A DNA stretch of 64,000 nt from assembly GCA_973851085.1 (NCBI GenBank), contig OZ316776.1, positions 3,410,001-3,474,000 on the forward strand, in the 5' to 3' direction. The position numbers and the translations under genes were made by a program. The stretch is from Ptychomitrium polyphyllum (lineage: Eukaryota). Shown in pieces: positions 47,701-64,000 of the stretch (within the stretch, counting starts at the first letter, position 1; every line of letters begins with the position of its first letter). A model generated the notes under the pieces. The model ran no database searches. It was not told the origin of the DNA and saw only the letters and a list, made by a program, of their open reading frames with translations.

Positions 47701-49125
47701 TCGTGTACCTTTTCGGGCTCCTGTCGATGTGATGTGAACGGAGTCAGTTTGAATTACTCATGCAAATAAGTTGATTGTTGTGATCTGTGAACCGACCTAC
47801 CGAGGTTTGAACTGGAGAAATAAGTTAAGCGGTGAACTTAACGTTAAAGCTGTAGGGTTGCATTTTCCTTCTACGGAAGTTCGAAATCATGGAAATTGTG
47901 ATTACTAGCCATGATTTGGTCCTGGTAGATTTGGAGTTTTGTGTCGGTTTGTAGCGAGTGTTTTTAATTTTTGGAGCTCAATGCAGACGGAGTTGGGATG
48001 TGACTGACGTTCGACTGATTCAAAGGCTTTATAGTGTTTTTTTCTTCTTTTTTTTCCATTGGTTTTCCCCAACTTACGGAAGTGCGCTTTTCCTGCTGAA
48101 CTTCTTGACCGTTTATTTGATGTTTTATTCGCTACAGTAGTCGCTGCAAATCTTCCTCTTCCACAGCTTTCAGCACTGATGGTCCATGCGGTCCTTGTGG
48201 GCTTTGCAGGCATTGGTAGTGACAACTATAGGTGGAGGCAACATGACGCACCAGGTTTATGACAATCTTATTAGTACAGAGGTCCTTTTGGCGCTCTGAT
48301 TTGGAAGTGCGTTAATTGTTAAAAGGGTGTTTGCAGGGGTTGGATCTTTCCATTTGGGTGTGAAAAGCTTACGAGGAAGTCGGAGAAAGGAGGAGCGACA
48401 GACAGAGAGAGTTTTGGCGCTTCTCTCCTTTCAACGAAGAGCTAGTGGCGTTGTCACGAGTAGCGTTTGGCCTTTCACAGCATAAGTTCTGAGCTTTAGT
48501 AGTCTCTATTTCCACAACATCGAGGTTTCTAGAAGATTTCTCTACGTAATTTATCCACGGTAGTTACCTCCGTGAAAATAGAGGTCGTGTGAGAATTTTA
48601 CATTCGGTGAGCTACGGTTTGTAGTCCGTCTTCTACAGCAGAAGTCCTGGTTTGTGGCGGAATTATCCTTCAGATTGCGAAGACATCTTATCCATAGTAG
48701 TAGAAGCTTGAGTTTTCAGCATCCTGGAATTTTTTCGGGTTTAAGATTCAGGATTCACTGTCCGTCAATTTCTATGTCTGCCTACAGGGGCTCATTTGCA
48801 GGAACAGGGCACTCTATGTGCATGCACGGTACATGAAATTCGTGATCTGAATATTAGTGGTCAAATTGGTTGGCCTACTGGTGTATCGCCAGGTGATCAT
48901 GAATTCTGGATTACATAGACACGCCATCCTCATTGACAGTTCTTGCACTTACTGTCTCTCACCTTTGGAGGAAACTCTCTTGGATGCTTGCTCATACCAA
49001 GGAATCGGATTCTCCGACGGCGTCAAGTTCACTTCCACACCCCATTCTGAATTCCATTAGATCTTGTGATGCAAGAAGGCAGAGGTCTTTCTAGAGCTTT
49101 GTAGGTATCTCAGCAGCACATTTCG

Positions 49126-51768
49126 ATGGCTCCTCCAGATGACTCTTCCTTGAAGGCACTTTCGGTCGATTTGCTTGATCTACTTGAGAAAGGGCAAGCA
49201 TTTAGTGATGTCACGTTTAATGTTGAGGACCGTCAAGTGTATGCCCACAGATGCGTGCTGGCGGCACGAAGTCCCTTCTTTCGAATGATTTTTTGTGGTA
49301 ATGCTCAGCAACTAAGCAGCGATCAGCCCAGGCCCGGCACACCTCGTGTTATTCCGGTGGGCATTGTGGGCTATGAAGTCTTTATGTTGCTTTTGCAGTT
49401 TCTGTACAGTGGGAACTTTTCCTTTTCGCCTCAAAACAGTGGGCGTTTGTGCAAGGACAAGTCCTGTTATCACATGCATTGTACCTCAGCTGTTGAGTTC
49501 GGGCTGGAAATGCTGAATGCGGCGGTCTTCTTTGGTGTGGAACAGCTTTCTACGCTTACTCAGGTTAGTATCCTTATTTCTGCGTACGGAGATTACTTCT
49601 GAGACGCCGGCTCGTTCGGGCTAATTTAGTGAAACGAGTTTCACTTTTTTTCTCGCGTTTTTCGTAGCTGGACTAGGTGAAGTGAGCATTTAATAAAGTT
49701 TTGTGTCATTAGGTTATGAGTGCCTTGTCTTCTTCAGGGCATGGGTTCTGGCACTCCTACGTTTTTCTTCTAGAATAACTCCTCTTATCTATAATACATG
49801 TATCATTGATAGTCGGATTGTTGGCGACACTGTTTCGCTGTTACAATATATTTTTCGTCAATGGTTTTTTCCTCATTTGTGCCTTCTACATGGACTGTTC
49901 ACTACAGAAACACTTAGGCGCCATGGCAGAGAACGCATCTATCGAGGATGTGATGCGTATGCTAGTAACTGCACGGAAACAAGAGGATTTGTATCTTTGG
50001 AATCTCTGCTCGAAGCTCGTTGCGAAGTCGGGTCTTTCTTCGGAAACACTGCGGAAACATAATTTGCCTGCAGAAATAGTATGGGAATTAGAAGCAATTA
50101 GGCAGAAGACCGGATACGGTTTTGAGGCTGCGATGGCAGGCAATGGGGTGTCTGAGCAGAAGACGAAGCGCATGCAGAAAGCCCTGGACTCGTCTGATGT
50201 GGAACTGGTAAAGCTGATGGTGATGGGAGAGGGCTTGAATCTGGATAAAGGATTTGCCCTGCACTATGCTGTTAGCAGTTGCAGCAGGTGTACTTCTTTC
50301 TTTTCTTCTCGTGTGTTTCTTGGTCCTTGTGTTCAATTGTGGTAGTAGTTCAGCTTGGATACGAGTGTCTTTTGCGAAGAAGAAATTCCAGTGGGCTCCC
50401 TTAAATCATTGTTGGCTTGTCTATGTAACCGTATTTACTTGGTTTGATTGGCTCAGTTCTTGTTCTTGTGCTAATTCTGTTTTGAAGCTTCACTAATAGT
50501 TATGCTCGGGCTGGGAATACAGAAAAGTAGTTAAGACTCTACTGGATCTGGGAGCAGCAAATGTAAACCTACGTGGCCCAGATGGTCAGACACCCTTGCA
50601 TATGGCTGCCCTGTTGGGAGACCCAGAGAAGATAGCTATGTTGTTGGACCATGAAGCTGATCCTCATATGCAATCAGCTACAGGTGCAACTGCAATGGAC
50701 ATAGTGCAATCTGGGGCTACTGACATTCTATCTGCAGGAGGGTATAACTCAAAAAGTGACCAGAATAGGCTTAGGAACTGCCTGGAGCTTCTGGAAAGAG
50801 CTGTTGTAACATTAAATCCAGCCATGTACATGAAAAGTACAAAAGTGGGAAGTGGAAGTCCGGCCTCAATCCTCACAGAACACGGGAGCAGTACGTTGCT
50901 GCCTGAGGAGAGTGATAATTTTCAAAATTCAATGAACAGATTGATGGGTGGCTCAAATCAGGCGGTCCTTCAAAACAACGATGTTTATGCTTCTCTCTCA
51001 AATGGGGTTTCTGGCAAAAGTAAGATATCTGCACCTGCTTGACTTATGAATCTTTGAGCAGATTGTTCGCATTGGTCCTCAGAACGATTTAAACCTATCA
51101 GCTGTGCTGGTAGGTGAAGATTTGATATGTGACTCTTGATCTTATGTCGATATTTTCTCCAAAGGAGTGGAATCTAGTGGTGACATTAGTGTCCGCAGCA
51201 CATTCAATTCGAGGATCAAGGAGGGTCTTTACTGAGTATCTTTGTGCGGCAGTGTTTTTGCAGCAAAGAGGCTTTTTCCAAGAATAGATTCTTAACTTCA
51301 TCACAAGTTTGCTGTGGGTGGGGTTAGAAATGTCCTGTGGTGTGGAGGACGTCTCTTGGAATACTATGTGTCTTTATGAAAAACTATGTCTCTTCCTCAT
51401 TTGACTCCTTTTGGACAGTGCATGGCAGAGAGCCAGAGAGAGGGGAGACCAGTGACTCTGTTTCAAGGCTACTATACTCCAACTCTTTAGCGTTTGATTT
51501 CTCTGAGCCACAGCTGCAAGCAGAGTCTCGGAACCTCACTGGTAACTACAGCATGTTGGACACTTCAAGTCTGGATGACAGGCCGCGAAAGATGCCGCGA
51601 ATATTTCAAGACCTGAAGGACCTCCCCGTTTTGAGAGAGGCGGTGCTCAAGGATTTTTCACATGAAGCCATGGAGAGCTTCAAGAGCGTGTATAATCCCA
51701 CTAGTGTGGACGAAGAAGTCAGCTCTGGGTGGCAGTTCTTTCTGCAGGAGAACTCGGAAGCTTGTTAA
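49126..51768 (+). CDS. BOP: BLADE-ON-PETIOLE-like BTB/POZ-ankyrin protein (NPR/BOP family); exons 49126-49563, 49908-50287, 50523-51019, 51419-51768
   Basis: LKALSVDLLDLL..GQAFSDVTF.VEDR.VYAHRCVLAARSPFFR (BOP-type BTB), IPVGIVGYEVFMLLLQFLYSG, RMQKALDSSDVELVKLMVMGEGLNLD..ALHYAV, GQTPLHMAA (ankyrin). The last exon is inferred from phase-compatible GT/AG only. Confidence 0.92.
50682..50703 (+). promoter_or_regulatory. miR534 target site in BOP coding sequence
   Basis: AGGTGCAACTGCAATGGACATA; the last 19 nt are the exact complement of nt 1-19 of Physcomitrium miR534a as I recall it (UAUGUCCAUUGCAGUUGCAUAC). miR534 is known to target moss BOP genes. Confidence 0.8.
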
Positions 51769-54217
51769 TCATGTGAAGATGTGCGTGACAATGTTAAAAC
51801 AGTTTTATTGAAGGTGATATTTTAACGATGCCCTTCCTTATGGCAGGATGTTTTGAATGGCTCACTTTCTAGGATTCGGGAGTTGCGTGACAAGAAACCA
51901 AATCAGGAAAGATATGTTAAGCCAGTATGTTTTTGCTAGCAGGTCATTATAGGGCCTGTGGATGATAGATATGATCAGCAATGCTGAGATTGGTTTCTTC
52001 AGTTCATGAGGAGTCCGGGGTTTTAGAACCTCCCTGAGGTATTCGGCTCCTTACATCACCGAGAGGAGTGGAGTAGAAATGAGCTCTAGAGTAGTGAAAT
52101 TAGTGTGTTCCTTATCTGTAGGATTTGTGTAATACGCGGGTTCGAGTGTTGTAAAGGCATCGTGGTTACTCACAGCTATCTGGCATGCCGAGGTGGGTAA
52201 GGATACACCCTTTTACCGGATGTTACTTGAGATGGATACCTGTCATATGCAGGTTTAGTGGAGAGGGTTTAACTTTTATAGCTCTTTCGGTACAGTAGTT
52301 TCATAGTCACCAGTCTTTCAGGAGTTCGTAACTTTAAACATTCAGTATTTTAATTGTCTTTACTGTTACCCGTCCGTAGAGGTGGATAAACTAAGGATGA
52401 ATGGAATTGTCCTCATAGCTCATATGTTCGTAGGAACAGGGGTTTTAGGTCTTTAACGGTACCAAATTAGTACTGTAATTTCATGTTTCGCCGCGCGATG
52501 CCTGTATGCAATATACTGCAGCCGCACATTGCAACAGTGGGGCACGAGCGTCGGCGGTAAGGAGAGGCCTATCCACCACTGCATCTACTTGTACATCAAA
52601 TTGTAATTTTACAAACCTTTAAATCGGATCAGGCCACACTTGACATCCCTTTCTTGTCTCCTTTGTCTGCTCCCACTTTATCATGGAAAACGACCTCTTG
52701 TTATCTCAAAGTCCTTGTTTTGGGTTCAATACTTGTTTTGGGTTCAACAGGCAGGCTTATAAGGTTGAATTCACCTCCATGCTGTCTACCGTGAGTATAT
52801 ACTGATACATGTTACTGCACTAGAAGTGGTATTTAATGTCACCAATTCTAGACGATGGGTCAATATCAATATACATCACCCAACTAGTAGTGTTATAATG
52901 TTGGAGTTCATCGATTAACTAACAAGTCTAACACCACATAATCTCTTCTATGTGATTGTATGTCATATGAATCCATCAATTTATATTTTGTATTATAATG
53001 CATGATTCCATGGTATAGAGTGAGAATTATGTGTTATGTAATTAATTTTTTTGCAAATTATAAAAAAAAAATATGGAGATTGTATAGAACTTGTGTTGGA
53101 TTTTAGATGATGCAAATACTACATCACTTTGTTTGCTATACCAAATACCACTTCCATTAACAAATTGATTAATAAAACTTTTATGCACAATGCTACAATC
53201 TTTGAATACTATAAGATTTTGATTGAGCCAACAAATCAACTTTTAACATTTTCTTAATAGTTATTTATTATTCATACTAAAATGTTTTATTTGAAACTTA
53301 TCTTACAAGTATAATATACTATTTTACTTATATGTTAGCATTCATTTGCATTCATTAGCACAATATCCAATGGTTTGTAATGGATTGAAAGTTAGTATGC
53401 AAATTAATGGCAATTAAGATTATTATAATATAACTTGTTTAAAACTATATCATGTAATGTTATACTCTCCATAAAGTTATAAGATATTTTGGTCCCAATG
53501 TTGGATGGTTCCAATGTTCAACTTCTATCTATAATTATAACCTCTCTAAAATTATAATACCATTGAATGAGGGAACCTTGAATGATAAAACCATTCCTTT
53601 GAAAGACAATTTTCTAAAGAATCACTCTAAAATACTCATCCTTTTGCCAAAACAATTTATATAAATATACATGTGGACCAATTTCATGTAAAATCCATAA
53701 ATGTTTACATTGATTCAATATACTTCAAAATGGATTCTCCATAAAAGTGGTTCCCATATACATAAATTCATTTTCCAAAAAAGCTTATTGTGGTCCAAAA
53801 CAACAAGAACAAACTCACTTTTAAGCCTTAAAGATCCAACCCTCAACTGGGGTCACAGGTTCGGTTCTCCTGCCCATGACCCACTGGCTGATATTCCCAC
53901 CGAACTCCAGCAACTTCCTCCTATGAAATGGGAACACGACCACTGCCACTACTGCATTGGGAAACAGCCCCTGCCTTGCAAAGGGGGCTCCAGAATGCCA
54001 CCTTCTCTGCAAACTTGGAGACGAGCAGAGCAGAGCAGAGGAGAGAAGACACATTCAACGAGCCTGGCTTGCACGTGGGAAAACTTTCATGTAGTAGTAA
54101 GTATGTTGTAGTTGTGTTACAGTGTTGGTAAGAGTTTTGCATTTCCTAGGACACGGCAAGACTCTGCCTTTTCCCCCTCCAGCCCAAGTTCTATCAAGTA
54201 AGTGTCACAACACTACA

Positions 54218-54382
54218 GACACAAGTTAGACACAAGTTAGACACAAGTTAGATACAAGTTGGATATAAGTTGGACACAAGTTGGATATAAGTTGGACACA
54301 AGTTGGATATAAGTTGGACACAAGTTGGGTACAAGTTGGATATAAGTTGGGTACAAGTTGGGTACAAGTTGTGTACGAGTTA
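54218..54382. repeat. 11-bp tandem minisatellite, ~15 copies (GACACAAGTTR / GATATAAGTTG / GGTACAAGTTG)
   Basis: Directly readable head-to-tail units without spacers, ending ~115 bp upstream of the LSM4 ATG. Confidence 0.95.
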
Positions 54383-54496
54383 CAAGCAAAGGCGGAGTTT
54401 TTGAGGTCGGCATCACTTGCAGAAACTGAGCAGAGTGCAGGGAAGCTTTGTGTTGCTTGTCAAGCTTGGCGACGGTTTGGCAGCAGCTCAGCAGCT

Positions 54497-57173
54497 ATGG
54501 TATGTGCGAACTTTCTTCTTCGTTTCGGTTCGTTGTAGTGGGATTCTTTTTCTGTTTGGAGTCTGGGATCTGTTTAGGTTGTTTTGGTTTAGGGGAGGTT
54601 ATGGTGTGATGGGTGGACTTTGAGTTTCAGTGGCGGTGTTGTGTTTGTGGTTCTGCAATGGAGCGTCTCGGTTGGTGAGGTTTATGGGTGGGTCATTGAG
54701 ATGATGTTGGTGTCATTGTGGTTGAGCTGCCTTGTGTGGAACTCGAGTACTATGTTGGATGTGAGAGTGCAAGGCTTTGAGGTTTCATCTTCTCTGGGTG
54801 TTTGAGTAGCTTATGATTGAGCTACGTGGTGGAGATGAGATTACCGTATTCGGGGCGTTGGAGCAAGATTGTAGTTCTACTATTGCAATTAGGGTTCGTG
54901 GTTTTACAGATTCGCCTAAGTGAAGACGCAATTCTTAGTTTCAGTGGTGCAGGGTTAGGGTTTAGCGAGTGTTGATTTACCCGGGCGGAACTGTTTTGGA
55001 AAGGTCTTAATAGGTATTGATTCCACTGGAAGTGCGAAGTATGGTGATCCAGAAGCTGGGTGTGTTTGATATTGAGTGCACAGCAGGCCGTTGAACGTGT
55101 CAAGGTCATGTGCAAATGATGACCGAGGTCGAGTAGGGTAACCGTAAGATGGTGGAGTTGTTACCCTCGTGACTTTGGTCACTTTCTCGACATTCGAGTT
55201 CTGTTCAGCTATTATGAAATCAACGACCTTGATCGCACTGAATTGTTCGTCGAAGCTTTAGTTTCTAAGCGTCAATAAGTGCAGGTTTTGCTGTTCAGTT
55301 GGGAATGAGCAGTTTTTTTAAAGACCTAAACCATTACAGAGGGCTTAGTCTTGAATTGTGGGCTTACTATCAGAGCGTAGTAGCGTATTGATAGAGCTAG
55401 CTCTGGTTTTGATCCACTATATTCAGTTTTTAGTCGTCAACATGAATTCCCCGGTCATGTTGCAGAAGTTCTGAAGTGATCAGGAGAGTCAACTCTCAAA
55501 GTTTTGGTATCGTTTCTGATTTGATAATTGTTGCACTTCGCTTTTACTGAAGGATGTGAGGGGTGTCAAGCTGTATTACACATTTTACCTTGTATATCTT
55601 GCAATGCGTACTTGTAATTAGAGGTACCAACACACGTCTTTATGGTGGTTGTGATGCGATGCTGTGTCTAACTCTTCACTACACTAAGTCATTATTTGTT
55701 ACGTGCAGCTTCCTCTTTCGCTTTTGAAGACCGCTCAAGGGCATCCCATGGTACGCGCCGCTCTCGCACTTGTAGTTCTTGAGTAGATGTGTTGGTTTGA
55801 ATGTATTTTTCCTCAAAATTTTAGTCCAATAATGTAAATTGGAAGTTCACAGTTATGATTATTTATATTCTGCAATACTAGATCATAAATAGAAGCTCTA
55901 AGGACTGACATTACCCTGGTGCTCTTCTGCAGCTCGTTGAGCTCAAGAATGGAGAGACATACAATGGTCATTTAGTGAATTGTGACACGTGGATGAATAT
56001 TCATCTGCGTGAAGTCATCTGCACCTCAAAGGTGAGCTTTCTTCACTGCTCCTGCGAGCTGTTTTTCGTCTTTGTACTTCAGATTATCGAAATTGGTTGA
56101 GTTTTGGGCCGATATTGCTTTCCTTTTGGCTCTAAGATGGACATGTGGCATGATAGGATGGTGATCGGTTCTGGAGAATGCCTGAGTGCTATATTCGAGG
56201 CAATACTATTAAATATTTGCGGGTTCCCGACGAGGTTAGCATTGCACTTCCCAACTACCAAATAATGTTTGATCATATTCTGGTTAAATATATGTTATAT
56301 TTGTACGTTTCAGTTGTTTTTGGAGTTTCATCTAAGGTCCGAAACTCAGGTTGCCTTATCTGTCAACTGCAGGTAATTGACAAAGTTCAGGAAGAAACTG
56401 TGAAACGTTCAGGTACAGTTATTTTTTAATATTCTCATATCAGTTTCTGTGTTATGCTCATCTTAATGAGTGTCCGACACTTTCATTAATTACGAGCAAC
56501 TTAAGTGAATCTCTTGAACAACTTCCTGACTCCTGAATATACGTAAATGCCTTGGACGAAGTTTTAAACACTCCCTGCAGATCCACCTTTACATCGTGGT
56601 TCTATCAATTACAGAAATAACGGAGGCTTGGATATTGTATCGGTATGCTGCACTATATCAGTACTGGCCAGTTGCTCGCTATAGCCAAGAGTGTTAGTAT
56701 AGTTTATGCCCACGACATGCAACTTACTTGAACTCATTCTGTATTCTTTCTGTCAGATCGTAAACCAACAATTGGTGGCCGTGGACGTGGTCGTGGAAGA
56801 GGCGAGGAGGGAGGTGGTCGGGGTGGAGGTAGAGGCGGTGATGGAGGGAGAGGAGGAAGGAGTTATCAAGAGGATTCTACTGGGGGCCGAGGTAGTGCTC
56901 GTGGAGGTGGTGGCCCTCGTGGTGGAGGCAGATCTGGCGGTGGACGAGGTATGCATAACACTAAATTCTCATTGCTTTTTGCATGCCACGTTTTCAGGAT
57001 GCTTATCAAATTTTCCGACTTATAGAAATAGCCTTAAAATCATAAATGGACATCATGATTCCTAAGCAATTAACCATTTGGCCATTAGACTGTAATGCCA
57101 ATTTCAAAAGATCTTCCTTTTCTGAGGTCATTGTAAATTCACAGGTGGTGCAGGGAGGGGACGAAGCCAGTAA
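54497..57173 (+). CDS. LSM4: U6 snRNA-associated Sm-like protein LSm4; exons 54497-54499, 55709-55750, 55933-56031, 56157-56234, 56373-56412, 56757-56948, 57145-57173
   Basis: [82 protein letters not shown], followed by an RGG-rich tail. The ATG-only first coding exon is inferred from ATG|GTATGT. Confidence 0.95.
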
Positions 57174-58645
57174 AGCACCACACTGGTTCAGACTCTGTTC
57201 GCTATCCTCTGGCGATTCTTACTGTCTCAATGTAAGTTTGGCAGCATTGTGGGAAAACAGCACGTACGAACGGTGTATTACTCCAGTTCACAGAAAGCCT
57301 TTTTAGTTTGGGCATTTGATGTGCTCCATCTTTCCTGAAGCAGATCCATTATTGGTTTTTAAACGTGGGGTACTGTTAGGTGTATGGTGGGATGTGAAAT
57401 AATTGCTCCAATGGTCGACATTGGTCTTTTTGCCAGTAGTTAGGAAATGTAGAATTCGATCTATTGAGGTGTAGTAACGAGCAATCCGCAGAAGAACCTA
57501 GATATAGACATGCGATTATCCACAAGAAGTGTGCTAGTGTTTTTAACGCCATGGGCTTTTCGACTAAAAGCCTACAGTGTTGGACAAGTTTTCTCGATGT
57601 TGAGAGGAAGAAGTGGAAATGGTCAACCATGACGTATTCATATTTGCTTGCATTTTGTTTCTACTGTGCGATGACCAAGGTTTTGTCGTTTTTTTTTCTT
57701 TGTTTTGTTTGTTTTGTGTGTTTACACTGCCTAGCTTACTCTGTTAGTTAGAAGACATGTTGGTGATATGGTTCAGTGAATATAATAATGTACTGTGGGC
57801 CGATCCAATTCTTTAATTCTATGCAATTTTCTAACACACTGCATTAACTATTTCGCTTTGAGGCACAGATGATGTTATTTGAGTTCTTCGACTAATTGGG
57901 ATTTAGGTTGTCAAATTGAATGAGCACTCTGGTCAAGGTTGTTGTTTTACTTTGCAAAGTATTGAAGTTGCACACTATGAGGTTCTTAACCTATGTACAT
58001 TTGTATGTAGTTTATTGTTTATCAAGATGTTTTGTCATCTCATTTAGGACAATGTACAAAGGTATTTAGGTACATGAGGCTTTAATGAAGCTAGTTGCAC
58101 CTATTACCAACTTCTTAGTAGAAAGCAATTACTATAAATTAATAGAATTGCACATTGTTCATTGGATTTTACAACTGAAGGTTGTAGGTGCGCCTCCTTT
58201 ACATTTAGGTAACATTACAATCTGAAAATTCTCTGTAACATTAAAATTTGTTGCATATTCTTTCAACTTCTCGATTAGGAGAAGCACAAAATACAGAAAA
58301 TAAATCAATGAAAACTATCCTATACATGCACTTGTTGTGTATATTCCTGCGAAGTAATCATGCAAATTAACACCTATTCTAATACTATCAACTGCTCGCA
58401 GTGTCAAATTGACTCTAGTTTGAAGAACAAATTCTCTATCAACCATGGCTGGAATAACCACTTTACATGAAAGCTCAATGCTACTGCTACTATAATAATA
58501 AACTTGGTAAAGTTTTGTGAATACGAGAATAAAAGCTCCAAAAACCCAGACTCAAAATTCGTCTACCAAGCAAACTTAGGGCATGCACCTTGAATATTTT
58601 TTACCATCAATATTTTCTAAATTAATGCGTAGGAGTATAAGAAGA

Positions 58646-64000
<5,355 letters not shown>

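Noticed and set aside
44450..48800. Short ORFs upstream of BOP (e.g. 46774-47256, 46153-46428, 47905-48225)
   Set aside because: No recognisable domains or consistent exon chain; more likely promoter and 5' UTR/intron sequence of BOP.
52715..52748. Short direct duplication CTTGTTTTGGGTTCAA x2; similarly (AAATTCA)n at ~58797-58827 and the poly-T run at 43626-43646
   Set aside because: Ordinary slippage products with no further structure.
54218..54382. CRISPR-like array
   Set aside because: Units are contiguous 11-mers with no unique spacers, no cas genes and a eukaryotic context; ORF 54281-54538 over it is a repeat artefact.
55116..55241. Box C/D snoRNA (ATGATGA at 55116, CTGA at 55238)
   Set aside because: The C-box overlaps the long stem, there is no terminal stem flanking both boxes, and I recognised no rRNA guide; kept only as a generic structured element.

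Overview
Eukaryotic, intron-rich plant DNA, almost certainly a moss (Rab23 present, BOP gene with a miR534-type site, moss-type kinase; species not determinable). I could splice eight protein genes by hand: DYAD/SWI1/AMEIOTIC1-like meiotic gene (+, 5768-9932), mitochondrial complex I 24-kDa subunit NDUFV2/NuoE (-, 10 exons, 16368-19936), an intronless TKL/Raf-like kinase with atypical motifs (-, 21552-22964), Rab23 (+, 8 exons), a class I small heat-shock protein with HSE promoter (-), a BOP/NPR-family BTB-ankyrin gene (+), LSM4 (+) and the 3' part of PEX6 (-, runs off the window). Genes are separated by very AT-rich spacers. Most notable: NDUFV2 sits in a sharply bounded GC-rich, strand-skewed island whose introns lack polypyrimidine tracts; LSM4 intron 1 holds a structured element overlapping a sequence that could pair with the U6 snRNA 3' end (speculative); the BOP CDS carries a miR534 site; and there are diverged inverted and direct repeat pairs. 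I found no CRISPR array, tRNA, rRNA or intact transposon, and no demonstrated new multi-gene system. Compositional statements are by eye, not computed.
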